DNA from: Candidatus Eiseniibacteriota bacterium
GTDB lineage: Bacteria; Eisenbacteria; RBG-16-71-46; DASYSL01
DNA length: 64,000 nt
Direction: 5' to 3'
Assembly: GCA_046598045.1 (NCBI GenBank)
Contig: JBKJJJ010000127.1
Location: forward strand, 9,419-73,418
The notes under the pieces were generated by a model. The model was not told the origin of the DNA and did not search any database. It worked only from the letters and a program-made list of their open reading frames with translations. This document shows, one piece after another, positions 9,248 through 19,536 of the stretch. Position numbers and translations under genes: made by a program. Each line of letters opens with the position of its first letter. Positions within the stretch are counted from its first letter, which is position 1.

Positions 9248-11160
9248 TTCACGAACGTGAGCTTGCCCGACAGCGATGCGCGTTCGGCGCCGCTCGCGGG
9301 ATCCGTGACGTGCAGGCGGTAGAACACGACGCCCGACGCCGCCGAGCGCGGCACGGAGACGCGGCCGATGCCGGCTTCGTGCAACCCGAGGTCGCGGTGG
9401 GCGATCAGCCGCCCGGCCAGGTCGAAGGTCTCGAGCGCGAGCGCGCTCTTCTCCGCGAGCCGGAACTGGATCGCCGATTCAGCGCGTCCCGGGTTCGGCG
9501 CCGCGCCGAGGATCGTGTACGCGGCGACCGGTTTCGGACCGGGATCCCCCACGCCCACGATATACGTCGGATCGGCATACGCCCAGATCGGGCAGCACTG
9601 GTTCTGGCGCTCGCGCATGAACCAAGTGCGGGTCGCGTAGCTGTCCGTATACGGCGTGAACGAGTCGCCGTCGTTCATGTTGATGCCGAGGTGAATGATC
9701 CCGTCGCCGAGCCCGTTCGGATAGCCGAGCTTGGTCAGGTCCACGCCGAGTTCCGCCGTGTAGCCCTGGTCCGGCGAGGTGCCGACCGTGTCGACGACCG
9801 TCCCCGGCTTGAGCTGGAGCGCCACCTGCGCGCCGAACGCCGTGTCGCGCAGGAAGGGGAGGAAGTCCCGGGCGATCGCCGACCCGCTCGCCCCGACCTG
9901 GAACGAGAGCGTGCGATTCTTGAGCTCGTGGTCGGAGCCCTGCAGCGTCTTCTCCGTGAGGATGATGTTGAAGCCGTCCCAGCGATCGGGATCGGCGACG
10001 TACTGCACCGCCTGATCCCGCACGTCGAACGCGAAGTACAGCCAGTTGCCCTTGATGATGTACTTGATGGTCGCATCGCCGGGATCGGCGACGAACGCCA
10101 CGCCGCCGTTGATCGTCGGCTGGAACTGGCCGGAGCGGTACTTCGCAACACCGGGATAGCTTGCGCGCAGGGCATCGTCGCCATAGCGCATGTCGAAACT
10201 CGGCGCCGCGGCCCACACGGGGTCGTTCAGGTTGCCGTCGACCACGGGCGCGGCGAGCGCGCCCGCACTCGGGATGATCAATTCGGGTGCAATCACGGGG
10301 GTTGGCCCCGAGGCAACGTTCACGCTCGGCTTGGCATTGACCCGAACCTCGCCATACCACCCGACATTGCCCCACGGGTCCTGCCACCACACGCGGTTCG
10401 AGCTGAACTTCGTCACGTCGAGCGGCCAGAACCAGTCGGTGTCGTAGATCGAGATGTTCCACTCCATGACGTCGCCGGCGGGCTGCGTCACGTCGTAGCC
10501 CATCGGAGTCAGGTTGAAGCGCATCTCGACCGTGTAACCGCCGTCCAGCTGCGTGGTCTTCGGCGAGAACGCGTGCAGCGTGTCCTCGTTGACCGTTCCG
10601 TCGACGATGTAACCCGCGTCCCAGTTCGCGATCTGCTCGGCAGTACGCGCGGAGCCGCGCGGGTTCTCGCCCCAGCTGCCGTAGAACGTCGGGACCTGGC
10701 CGAGCGGCGGCGTGCCGACGATCGTCTGGTCGTCCCACGACCAGAAGTACTCCGCGACGGGCTTCGGAAAGTTCGGGCTCGAGTGGTCCTTGAGATCCAT
10801 GATGAAGCCGTCGAAACGGTTGAACATCGGGCCGCCGCCGACCGACTGGTCCTTGACCCGCGCGCCCATGTAGAGCTGGTTGCCGACGGTGAGGAACTTG
10901 AGCGTGACCGCCGTGGAGTCGATCGGGAGCTTGCCGGCCTCGACCTTGTAGCCGCTGCCCGGCACGCCACTGTCGATGCCGAAGCGGATCTGGATCGAGT
11001 CGGCGAACGCCCAGGCCGCCTCGTTCATGTTGCCGTCGAGCGTGATCGGGGCGCCGTTCGTCGAGCGGGCCCAGATCGCGTCCTTGCGCTGCGCCAGTGC
11101 CGGCGTGGCCATCAACAGCAGGAGCCCGAGGCCGAGCCAGGATGTCAGTCGATTCTTCAT
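9244..11160 (-). CDS. Secreted protein with CBM9/DOMON-like carbohydrate-binding domains and T9SS C-terminal sorting domain
   Basis: The ORF-track frame 9244..11757 carries a 199-aa Arg/Pro-rich spurious extension. The real start is the ATG at 11160 (MKNRLTSWLGLGLLLLMATPALAQ) overlapping the LacI stop (ATGA). Two repeats of the form LDGNMNEAAWAFADSIQI and VDGNLNDPVWAAAPSFDM are typical of carbohydrate-binding family 9-like modules. The C-terminus ...GVVFYRLHVTDP...GKLTFVK is a T9SS CTD. Confidence 0.6.
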   Translation of the reverse strand: MKNRLTSWLGLGLLLLMATPALAQRKDAIWARSTNGAPITLDGNMNEAAWAFADSIQIRFGIDSGVPGSGYKVEAGKLPIDSTAVTLKFLTVGNQLYMGARVKDQSVGGGPMFNRFDGFIMDLKDHSSPNFPKPVAEYFWSWDDQTIVGTPPLGQVPTFYGSWGENPRGSARTAEQIANWDAGYIVDGTVNEDTLHAFSPKTTQLDGGYTVEMRFNLTPMGYDVTQPAGDVMEWNISIYDTDWFWPLDVTKFSSNRVWWQDPWGNVGWYGEVRVNAKPSVNVASGPTPVIAPELIIPSAGALAAPVVDGNLNDPVWAAAPSFDMRYGDDALRASYPGVAKYRSGQFQPTINGGVAFVADPGDATIKYIIKGNWLYFAFDVRDQAVQYVADPDRWDGFNIILTEKTLQGSDHELKNRTLSFQVGASGSAIARDFLPFLRDTAFGAQVALQLKPGTVVDTVGTSPDQGYTAELGVDLTKLGYPNGLGDGIIHLGINMNDGDSFTPYTDSYATRTWFMRERQNQCCPIWAYADPTYIVGVGDPGPKPVAAYTILGAAPNPGRAESAIQFRLAEKSALALETFDLAGRLIAHRDLGLHEAGIGRVSVPRSAASGVVFYRLHVTDPASGAERASLSGKLTFVK

Positions 11161-12209
11161 GAGTGTCGCCTCCTGCGATCCGAGTGATTCGGGAACGCCG
11201 CTCTGGGGTCTTCGGGCGCACCACAGGAACGTCGGATCACGAGTTGCGTTCCGACGAGTTCGTGGCGCGGCACGTCGCCCGGGACGCCTTCCTTCACCTC
11301 GATCAGGCGATGGACGGCGCGGGCGCCGAGTTCGATCAGGTCCACGTGTACGGTGGTGAGGGCCGGCGTGAGGTAGCGGGCCATGGCGATGTCGTCGAAG
11401 CCGGCGATCGCGAGGTCGTCGGGCACACGGAGCCCCGCCTCGGACAGCGCGCTCATCGCGCCGACCGCCATGTAGTCGTTGCCGAAGAACGCGGCGGTCG
11501 GCCGGGGCGAAAGCTCGAGCAGGGTCTCGACGGCGCGATAGCCCGAGGGCTCGGTGAAGTCGCCCTCGATCTCGAGCTGTGCGTCGTGCGCGATCCCCGC
11601 CTCCGCGAGCGCGGCGCGATAGCCCGCGACGCGCTGCTGGGCGTCGATATTGTGCCTGGGCCCGGTCACGGTCGCGATGCGCCGGTGCCCGAGTCCGACG
11701 AGATGGCGCACGACCTGGAACGCGCCGTCCTGGTTCGCGATCGAGATCGTGTCCCACGTCGCGACGCCGAACCCCGGATCGAGCACGACCACCGGAAATT
11801 CCCCGGCCGCGTCGTGCATCGCCGCCGCGGAATCGAAGTCGGGCGCCATGACGAGCAGGCCGTCCACCCGGCCGCGCATCGAGCGCATCGCCGCCACCAG
11901 TCCATGCGTGTCGGAATGCGAACTCGAGACCAGCAGGTGAAAGCCCTCGCGCCGGGCGGCGAGGTCGATGCCACGAATGAGTTCGGAGAAGAAGTCGCCG
12001 TAGAGGTCGGGCAGGAGCACGCCGAAGGCGTGGGTGCGGCTGGTGATCAGGCTGCGGGCGACGCCGTTCGGCCAGTACTTGAGGCGCCCCGCGACGTCCT
12101 TGACCCGATGGCGCGTCTCGTCGGAGACGAGCTCGCTGTCGTTGAAAACCCGGGACACGGTGGCCACCGAGACTCCTGCCTCACGCGCGACGTCTTTGAT
12201 GTTGGCCAT
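11157..12209 (-). CDS. LacI-family transcriptional regulator
   Basis: MANIKDVAREAGVSVATVSRVFN... is a canonical LacI HTH, followed by a periplasmic-binding-like sugar-binding core. The start is the ATG at 12209 (the ORF-track 5' extension is Arg-rich junk). The stop overlaps the downstream gene start as ATGA. Confidence 0.85.
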   Translation of the reverse strand: MANIKDVAREAGVSVATVSRVFNDSELVSDETRHRVKDVAGRLKYWPNGVARSLITSRTHAFGVLLPDLYGDFFSELIRGIDLAARREGFHLLVSSSHSDTHGLVAAMRSMRGRVDGLLVMAPDFDSAAAMHDAAGEFPVVVLDPGFGVATWDTISIANQDGAFQVVRHLVGLGHRRIATVTGPRHNIDAQQRVAGYRAALAEAGIAHDAQLEIEGDFTEPSGYRAVETLLELSPRPTAAFFGNDYMAVGAMSALSEAGLRVPDDLAIAGFDDIAMARYLTPALTTVHVDLIELGARAVHRLIEVKEGVPGDVPRHELVGTQLVIRRSCGAPEDPRAAFPNHSDRRRRHS

Positions 12210-12282
12210 GAGGAGAGCTCCCGGCCCCCGAGCCCGCCCGGGGAGAGCCCGGGCGGGACGGGACCGTGCCTGGAGACGCTGT

Positions 12283-13083
12283 CTAGCGGTAGTCGGCCTT
12301 GATCTTGCCCCAGGTCGTGCCGTTCGCAGGCGTCGGGCCGGCGTCGTAGCAGATGTTCGACCACTCGGCGAGCATGTCCGACGTGCTGCCGTTCTGGCCC
12401 CAGAGGATCTGCACGTAACCACCGGCGTACGCCGGGGACAGGATGCCCCACACGCCGTGCGGGGGATCTTCCGCCGGGTTGCCGTGATCGAACGCGATCG
12501 GGCCGCTCGAGTAGGTGCCGCCGTAGGTCACCGTGTAGGTGATGGTCGCGGGGTCGACGAACGAGACCGAATGCGGATTGTAGTCGATCTGGAGCGTGAT
12601 CGGCGTGCCCTTGACATACGCCAGGCCATAGGCACCCGTGAACGAGTAGAACGGCAGGCGACCGCCGAAGCAGGCGATCTCGCCGTCCGTCGAGCGGACG
12701 TTGAACCTGCCATCGACATCGGGCGAGTACCACGGCGAGAGACGAAGCCCCGCCTCGGCGTTGCCGGTGCCGCTGATGACCAGCGTCGCGCAATAGGAGA
12801 ACTTGTCGTTGTTGCTGAATGTGGTCGGCGTGGCGCCGCCGTCGGACGAGAAGCTCCAGTTGTGGAGATTGGCGTAGCCGAAGCAACCGGCGTCGGCGTC
12901 CTTGATCCGGATCGCGCCCGGGTAGGCGTTGATCGTGGTCAGGGCTGAACCCGGACAGTCGTTGAAGATGCGGGTCTTGATGACGGCACCGTTGACGGCC
13001 GGCGTGGCCGAAGCCAGGTTCGCCGAAACCGCGAGTGTCGCCAGCACGAGCGCCGTCACGGCACTGTAGCCAATGCGCTTCAT
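12283..13083 (-). CDS. Hypothetical secreted protein (Cys-containing, beta-rich), unknown function
   Basis: The start is the ATG at 13083 (MKRIGYSAVTALVLATLAVSANLASA signal peptide). It has four Cys and an aromatic/Gly/Thr-rich composition. No recognisable catalytic motif. Confidence 0.45.
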   Translation of the reverse strand: MKRIGYSAVTALVLATLAVSANLASATPAVNGAVIKTRIFNDCPGSALTTINAYPGAIRIKDADAGCFGYANLHNWSFSSDGGATPTTFSNNDKFSYCATLVISGTGNAEAGLRLSPWYSPDVDGRFNVRSTDGEIACFGGRLPFYSFTGAYGLAYVKGTPITLQIDYNPHSVSFVDPATITYTVTYGGTYSSGPIAFDHGNPAEDPPHGVWGILSPAYAGGYVQILWGQNGSTSDMLAEWSNICYDAGPTPANGTTWGKIKADYR

Positions 13084-13361
13084 CGTTGGGGATCCTCCTC
13101 TTGAAGGACGATTTTCTGAGACAAGGTTCGACGATGGTTCCAAACGAGAGTCGATGCAGCGGTGATTCGGCGATGCTCGCCGGAGGCCAGCATGAGGCGT
13201 GCGTCGCCGGGGGAAACCGGAGGAAGTCGATGCGAAATCGAGGGATGGCCTTCCGTTCCGATTACTGTTGTAAACGTTTACATGGCAGGGGTGACAGTGT
13301 CAACGAGGAATCCGGGGAATCGGCCCTCGAGGGGGATCAGTTTTCCCCCGACACTGGCTAA

Positions 13362-14345
13362 CTAATGCAGTTGCTTCACCGCCGCGGTCAGGGCCGGGAC
13401 GATCTCGAACGCGTCGCCGACGATCCCGTAGTCCGCGATCTTGAAGATCGGGGCGTCGGCATCCTTGTTGATGGCCACGATGCAGCGCGACGACGACATT
13501 CCGGCGAGGTGCTGGATCGCGCCCGAGATCGCGATCGCGACGTAGAGCTTGGGCGAGACCGTCTTGCCGGTCTGGCCGACCTGGTCGCCATGCGGCCGCC
13601 AGCCGGCGTCGACCACGGCGCGCGAGGCCCCCACCGTGCCGCCGAGCGCGGCCGCGAGGTCTTCGATCAAATTGAAGTGCTCGGGTCCCTTGAGCCCGCG
13701 CCCGCCGGAGACGATCACGTCCGCCTCGGTCAGGTCGGCCGGGCCGCCGGTGGCCGCCGAGAGCGCGGTGACGACCAGCTTCGAGTCCTGCGCCGCGTCG
13801 AACGCGAGCGCGAGCGGCGTCACCGGCGCGGCCGCGCCCGGGCGGTGCTCGGTGAGCGGGAATACCTTCGGCCGCAGGCTCGCGAGCGCGACCGCCGAGC
13901 GGAAGCCCACCCTCTGGATCGCCTTGCCCGCGTACACCGGGCGCGTTGCGACCAGCCTGCCGCCCTCGAGGTCGAGGTGGGTGCAGTCGGACGCGAGCCC
14001 GGCCTGGAGGCGTGCCGCGACGCGCGGGGCGAGATCCTTGCCCATCGCGCCCGCGGAGAACAGCACGGTGGCCGCGCCCGACTTCTGCTGCGCGGCCACG
14101 ACCGCCGCCGCGTAGCCCTCGGGCTGGTAGCGGGCGAACGCGGGATCGGCGACAAACCACACCTGGTCCGCACCATGGACTCCGGCCTGGCCTGCCTTCG
14201 CCTCGGCGCCCGGCGCGCCCACGAGCACGGCGACGACCTCGCCGCCGAGTCCGGCGTCCGCGAGGCGGCGCGCCTCGGCGACGGCCTCGAACGAGGTCTT
14301 CCTGATCTCCCCTTCTCTCTGCTCGAGAAACACGAGGACGCCCAT
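13362..14345 (-). CDS. etfA: Electron transfer flavoprotein alpha subunit
   Basis: 327 aa. The FAD-binding C-terminal motif ...[40 protein letters not shown]... is characteristic of EtfA. The start overlaps the EtfB stop by 1 nt. Confidence 0.9.
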   Translation of the reverse strand: MGVLVFLEQREGEIRKTSFEAVAEARRLADAGLGGEVVAVLVGAPGAEAKAGQAGVHGADQVWFVADPAFARYQPEGYAAAVVAAQQKSGAATVLFSAGAMGKDLAPRVAARLQAGLASDCTHLDLEGGRLVATRPVYAGKAIQRVGFRSAVALASLRPKVFPLTEHRPGAAAPVTPLALAFDAAQDSKLVVTALSAATGGPADLTEADVIVSGGRGLKGPEHFNLIEDLAAALGGTVGASRAVVDAGWRPHGDQVGQTGKTVSPKLYVAIAISGAIQHLAGMSSSRCIVAINKDADAPIFKIADYGIVGDAFEIVPALTAAVKQLH

Positions 14346-15109
14346 CAGATCACCTTCGCTTCTTCACGCAGGAGACGCACCAGTTCGGGCACCGCGGCCA
14401 CCCCCTCGCCCACGATGCGACCCGCGCTGCGCGCGGCCGGGAGCGTGAGGGAGAGCACCTCGAGCGAGGGCTCGCCGAGCCCGGCGGCGCGTTCCTCGAT
14501 CGGCTTCTTCTTGGCCGCCATGATGCCCTTGAGCGACGGGTAACGCGGCTCGTTGAGGCCCTTCTGGGCCGCGACCACCGCGGGCAGCGTGAAGGAGACC
14601 TCCTCGACGCCGCCCTCGATCTCGCGATGCGCGTGCGCCTTCGTGCCCGGAGCGACGGCGCCCTCGAGCGTGAGCCTGGTCACCACGGTCGCGCACGGCA
14701 GCGCGAGCAATTCGGCGAGCATGGGCGCGACCTGCGCGGCGTCGTCGTCCGCGGCCTGCTTGCCGCAGAACACCAGGTCAAAGCCCTTGCCCGTGATCTC
14801 GGCGGCGAGCGCACGTGCAACCTGCAACGTGTCGACCTCGCCGTCGGCGATCAGCAGCACGGCCGAGTCCGCGCCCATCGCGAGCCCGTTGCGGATCGTC
14901 GGGGCGAATCCCTGCGGCCCGACCGTGAGCAGCACGACTTCGCCGGCGCCGGCGGCCTCCTTGAGCTTGAGCGCCTCTTCGAGCGCGAACTCGTCGTACG
15001 GGTTGATCACCATGGAGACGCCGGCGGGATCGAGGCGCTTGCCGCCCCCCTCGATCCTGACGCGCGTGTCCGTCGCGGGCACGGGCTTGAGACAGACGGC
15101 GATTTTCAC
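14345..15109 (-). CDS. etfB: Electron transfer flavoprotein beta subunit
   Basis: 254 aa. MKIAVCLKPVPATDTRVRI...VINPYDEFALEEALKLKE... is the canonical EtfB N-terminus. Confidence 0.9.
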   Translation of the reverse strand: MKIAVCLKPVPATDTRVRIEGGGKRLDPAGVSMVINPYDEFALEEALKLKEAAGAGEVVLLTVGPQGFAPTIRNGLAMGADSAVLLIADGEVDTLQVARALAAEITGKGFDLVFCGKQAADDDAAQVAPMLAELLALPCATVVTRLTLEGAVAPGTKAHAHREIEGGVEEVSFTLPAVVAAQKGLNEPRYPSLKGIMAAKKKPIEERAAGLGEPSLEVLSLTLPAARSAGRIVGEGVAAVPELVRLLREEAKVI

Positions 15110-15202
15110 GTGGGGTTCCTTGGTCGGAAAATGGTCGTACGCTGGGCAGAGCGCATCCTGCCGATCGGCGCTCGGGCGGTCAAGGGCCTTGCGGGTGCGG
15201 CT

Positions 15203-15853
15203 TTAACGGCCCTTCTCGAGTGCGAGGCGCACGCCGCACGCGACCAACACGAGCCCGGTCAGCCGATCGAACGCCGCCTGCACGGCGGGCCGGGCGAGCC
15301 AGCGCGCGAGCGGACGGGTGGCGGCAATCAGCGCCGCGAACCACAGGAGACCCTCGAGCGCGTGCACGCCCGCGAGCAGCAGGCTGAACCCCGTCGTGTT
15401 GACCCCCGGAGGCACGAACTGCGGGAGGAATGTCGCATAGAACACGCCGACCTTGGGATTGAGCAGGTTCGTCAGGAGGCCGCGCCCGAACCAACTCCCG
15501 CCCCCGGGCGCCGGGGGCGCCGGGGTCGCCGCGGCCGCCTCCGGGCCAGGCGCCGCCCTGCCGTGACCGGCGCGCAGCAGGAGCCGAAGGCCCAGGTAGA
15601 GGAGGTAGGCCGCGCCCGCGACACGCAGCGCCGTGTAGGCTGCGCGCGAGGCGGCAAACAGCGCGCCGATCCCCACGGCGGCGACGACGCCCCACACGAG
15701 GCAACCGAGGACGATGCCGAACCCGGCCTGCCAGGCGCGGCGGGGCCCTTCGACCGTGGCGGTGCGGAGCACGAGCGCGGTGTCGAGCCCGGGAGTGATC
15801 GTGAGCAGCCCGGCGGCAAGGGCGAAGGCGGCAAGGGCGGCAGGGGGCGTCAT
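15203..15853 (-). CDS. LysE/RhtB-family amino-acid efflux translocator
   Basis: 216 aa, six predicted TM segments. ITPGLDTALVL and FLPQFV motifs are typical of the LysE family. Confidence 0.8.
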   Translation of the reverse strand: MTPPAALAAFALAAGLLTITPGLDTALVLRTATVEGPRRAWQAGFGIVLGCLVWGVVAAVGIGALFAASRAAYTALRVAGAAYLLYLGLRLLLRAGHGRAAPGPEAAAATPAPPAPGGGSWFGRGLLTNLLNPKVGVFYATFLPQFVPPGVNTTGFSLLLAGVHALEGLLWFAALIAATRPLARWLARPAVQAAFDRLTGLVLVACGVRLALEKGR

Positions 15854-15972
15854 GGCCCCGGGAGGTTACCCGCACGAGAGCCCCGAAGCCAAGCTGTTGT
15901 GCTACAATTTTGGGCCGGATTCGCGCACCGGTTCCCCACTCTTGGAACCGTGCCCGACCGCGGGAGCGACGA

Positions 15973-18900
15973 GTGACCCCAGCCCGCAAGCGACATTCGC
16001 CGACGACTTCGTCGACTTCGACCGTCCTGCGATCGAAACTGGTGCGCCCGAACGAGGGGCCGCGCCTGCTGGATCGCAGCCGGTTGGTCGACGGGCTCGC
16101 CGCGCATGCCGATCGACCGCTCTCGCTCGTCGTGGCCGACGCCGGCTACGGCAAGACCACCGTGCTGGTCGCGGCAAGTCGGCGACTTCGGCGCCCCGTC
16201 CTGTGGTACTCCCTGCTCGCCTCCGACGCCGATCCCGTGGTGTTCGGTCGCCACCTCCTCGCGGTGTTCCGCGCCGACGACCCGCGCTTCGGACGGGATT
16301 TCGAACGCGCGCTCGAGGAGCTCAAGCCGGGCCCACGCGCCGGCGAGTTGCTCGGCGGCGTCCTTGCGAACGCGGTCGCGGCGCTCAAGGGGCCCGCGCG
16401 CCTGCTGGTACTCGACGACTTCCACGAGGTTTCGCAGGCGCCGGGCGTGCTGGCGATCGTCGAGACCCTGCTCCGGCAACCCTCGGATCGGCTGCAACTC
16501 TGGATCGCGAGCCGGACGCCGCCGCCGCTCGCGATCGATCGCCTCCGCGTGCGGGGCGACGTCTTCGAAATCGACTCCAACCAGCTGGCATTCACGCGGG
16601 AGGAAATCGCGCGACTGTTCGGCGACGTGTTCGCCCGGCCCACCGGCGAAGAGGAGGCGGCCGCGCTGGAATCGGCGACGCGGGGCTGGCCGACCGCACT
16701 CCACCTGGTGCATGCGGCGCTCGAGCGGTCCCCCGGCGCGTCCGTGACCGAGGCCCTGCGGGCGGTCTCGGAATCTCCTCTCGACCTGCACTCGTACTTT
16801 TCCTCCGAGGTGTACGCGCGGCTCGATGAGGACTCCCGGCGCGTGATCGGGCGCACCTCCGCGCTCGACCACTTCGACACCGGGCTCGCCGAGGTGCTCG
16901 CCGGCGTCGCCGGCACGCGCCCGATCCTCGCCGGGCTCACCCGACGCGGGCTGCTGCGAAGTTTCGGCTCCGGGGCCGCAACGACGTTCGCCTGCCCGGA
17001 CCTGGTGCGCACATTCGTCCGGGGCACGATCGAGGAGGCGGGCGGCCCGGAGTCGTTGCGCCGCCTCGAAGCCGACACCGCGCTGGCCTTGCGCGCCCGA
17101 GGCGAAACCGAGCGCGCCTTGCGGCACGCGCTGCGTTCCGGCGATGCGGACGTCGCCTGCGCGCTCACCGGTGAGATCGCGTCGGCGCTGCTGCGCGAAG
17201 GCCGTGCGGCAGCCCTGCTCGAGTACCTGGCCGCCCTGCCCGTAGCCCGGGTCGACGCCGACGCGACCCTGAGGCGCTTTCGCGCCGACGCGCACCAGGC
17301 GGTAGGCCAATGGAACGAAGCGGCGGTCGATTACGAGGCCGCGCTCGCCGCCGCCCGCGCGCTGCCGGACCGCGAGGCGGAGGCGCGCGCGCTGCTCGGG
17401 CTCGGCAAGGTGTGGAACCTGCGGGGGCACCACGAGCAGGTGCTCGGTCTCGCCGAACGCGCGCTCGCCGGCGCGCGCGACCTCCCGCTCGACGTCCGTG
17501 CCCGGTTCCTGCAGACCAAGGCGGCAGCGCACTTCTACCTCGGGCAGTTCTCCGCCTCGGTGGCCCTTCTCGACCAGGTGCGCGCATTGCTCGGCTCCTC
17601 CCCGGACCCCGACTTGATCGTGCCGACCGTGCACAACCTGGCCATCGCCTACGCGGCCCAGGGGCGCTATCGCGAGGCCTCCGTCGAGTTCCGGGCTGCG
17701 CTCGCCCAGGTGCGCGGCGCGGCGTCGCCGCGGGCTCCGCTGTATCTTTCCAATCTCGCAACGCTCCTGCTTGAGATCGGCGAATGGAGCGAAGCCCGCG
17801 CCGCCGCCGAGGAGGGCCTGGCCGCCGCCCAGCGTTTCTCCAACCGCATGCACGAGACCATGTGTCACGAGGCGCTGGCCGAGGTGCTGGCGCACACCGG
17901 GGACCTCGACGGGGCGCTCGCGTCCCTGCGCCGCGCCGAGGAGCTCAATGCCGATTTGCGCATGGACGTCCTCGCAGCCGACCTCCTGGCCCTGCGCGGC
18001 CGGATCTTCTGCGCGCGCGGACAGTATCGCCGCGCGGTCGAATTCATGACGCGCGCGCTCGATCACCTGGCGGAGCGCCCGGACGCGCCCCGCCGGACCT
18101 CGTTCGTGACCCAGCTGGCCTGGTGCGAGCTACGGGCCGGTCGGCCCACCGTGGCCCGCGATCGGCTCCGCGCGGAGGTCTCTGCGGTGGACCAGGGCGA
18201 GAACGAGGACCAGCGGATGCGGGTCCACTACTGGCTCGCGGAGTCGCAGCTCGCACTCGGCGAGGCCCCGGACGAAGCCGCCCGCCACCTCGCGATCGCA
18301 CTCGCGTGCGTGCGGGTTCGCGGGTACGAGCACTTCCTGCGCGTCCAGGCCCGCGAGGAGCCGGCGCCGATGCTGCACGCGCTCGAACTCGGCATCGAGG
18401 TCGACGCCTGTGCGGGCGCGCTGGTCGAGGCCGGGGCGACCGTCGAGGCGCCGCTGCTCACGCTCCTCGGCGCGGCCCCGATCGCGGTCGGGGAAGCGGT
18501 GCTGACCGTGCTCGCCGAGATCGGGGGCGACGCCGCACTCGAGGAACTGCCCGCAATCGCGCGCGCGCGGCGTGCGCTCGCGCCGGCGGCGCGCACGGCG
18601 CTGCGGCACATCGAGGAGCGGGTCCGCCGCGGCCGTGCGCCCGGCGCGGGAGGCAGGGCGCGCCCCGGCGTTGCGTCGGTCGACGGCCCCGGCGCGGCAC
18701 GGCTGGTCCTGTTCGGGCCGCCGCGGCTCGAGATCGACGGCCGGCCGGTGCCCGCCTCCGCGTGGCGCACGCAGCGGGCGTTCCACGTCATGCTCGCCCT
18801 CGCGCTCCAGCCCCGGGGGATGTCCCGCGAACTGCTCATCGAATCATTTTGGCCGGGACGTCAGGCGGCGGCCGGACGTCGGAACTTCCACCCTACGCTG

Positions 18901-19536
18901 TCGTACCTCCGGGCCCTGCTACCGCGCACCGGAGAACCCCCGCTCGCGCGCGATGGCGAGACCTATCGCCTCAATCCGGATTACGCCTGGTCGTGCGATC
19001 TGTGGGAATTCGATGCCGCCTACAGCGAGGCCAGGCGCGGCGCAGGCGGCGGCGCGAGCGAGGCGGCGTCCGAGCGGGTGGTGGCGCTCGCCGACCGGCC
19101 GCTGCTCGAAGGCATCTACGGATCGTGGGCCGAGGAGTCCCAGGCGCGCGCACGGGACCGTGTCGAACAGGCATGGCGCACGCTCGGCGGGTTGCGCGTC
19201 GTGCGCGGCGACCACGAGGCCGCGCTCGCCGCGTTCCGACGCGCGTCGGAACTCGACGAGTTTCGCGAGTCGACGCGGGTCGCGCTCGTCGAGTGCCTCG
19301 TACGACTCGGGAATCGCCGGGCAGCGATCGTCGAGGCCGAACGGCTGCGCGAGATCCTCGCGCGCGAGCTGGGGGTCGATCCCCTGCCCGAGACCGAGGA
19401 GGCGCTGGCCCGCGCGCTCGAGGGTACGAGCTTGATCCGCAATGGGAAGAAACTTCGCCAGAGCCCAGCAGGACAATCGCTTACGAAGTCTGATCAAGTC
19501 AGGCTCAAGCCTACCATGGAAGGATCTCGACGATGA
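15973..19536 (+). CDS. STAND-type signal-transduction regulator: N-terminal P-loop NTPase (NB-ARC/AAA), central TPR array, C-terminal OmpR-type winged helix plus BTAD (SARP DNA-binding module at the C-terminus)
   Basis: Walker A is LVVADAGYGKTTVLVAAS. There are multiple TPR-like helical repeats (about residues 400-800). The C-terminus LVLFGPPRLEIDGRPVP...QRAFHVMLALALQPRGMSRELLIESFWPG...YRLNPDYAWSCDLWEFD matches SARP/AfsR-type wHTH, then the BTAD (LREILARELGVDPLPETEEALARAL). The start is placed at the in-frame GTG at 15973, which is preceded by GGGAG. The ORF-track start at 15910 is an alternative. The stop overlaps the next gene start (ATGA). Confidence 0.75.
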   Translation: MTPARKRHSPTTSSTSTVLRSKLVRPNEGPRLLDRSRLVDGLAAHADRPLSLVVADAGYGKTTVLVAASRRLRRPVLWYSLLASDADPVVFGRHLLAVFRADDPRFGRDFERALEELKPGPRAGELLGGVLANAVAALKGPARLLVLDDFHEVSQAPGVLAIVETLLRQPSDRLQLWIASRTPPPLAIDRLRVRGDVFEIDSNQLAFTREEIARLFGDVFARPTGEEEAAALESATRGWPTALHLVHAALERSPGASVTEALRAVSESPLDLHSYFSSEVYARLDEDSRRVIGRTSALDHFDTGLAEVLAGVAGTRPILAGLTRRGLLRSFGSGAATTFACPDLVRTFVRGTIEEAGGPESLRRLEADTALALRARGETERALRHALRSGDADVACALTGEIASALLREGRAAALLEYLAALPVARVDADATLRRFRADAHQAVGQWNEAAVDYEAALAAARALPDREAEARALLGLGKVWNLRGHHEQVLGLAERALAGARDLPLDVRARFLQTKAAAHFYLGQFSASVALLDQVRALLGSSPDPDLIVPTVHNLAIAYAAQGRYREASVEFRAALAQVRGAASPRAPLYLSNLATLLLEIGEWSEARAAAEEGLAAAQRFSNRMHETMCHEALAEVLAHTGDLDGALASLRRAEELNADLRMDVLAADLLALRGRIFCARGQYRRAVEFMTRALDHLAERPDAPRRTSFVTQLAWCELRAGRPTVARDRLRAEVSAVDQGENEDQRMRVHYWLAESQLALGEAPDEAARHLAIALACVRVRGYEHFLRVQAREEPAPMLHALELGIEVDACAGALVEAGATVEAPLLTLLGAAPIAVGEAVLTVLAEIGGDAALEELPAIARARRALAPAARTALRHIEERVRRGRAPGAGGRARPGVASVDGPGAARLVLFGPPRLEIDGRPVPASAWRTQRAFHVMLALALQPRGMSRELLIESFWPGRQAAAGRRNFHPTLSYLRALLPRTGEPPLARDGETYRLNPDYAWSCDLWEFDAAYSEARRGAGGGASEAASERVVALADRPLLEGIYGSWAEESQARARDRVEQAWRTLGGLRVVRGDHEAALAAFRRASELDEFRESTRVALVECLVRLGNRRAAIVEAERLREILARELGVDPLPETEEALARALEGTSLIRNGKKLRQSPAGQSLTKSDQVRLKPTMEGSRR

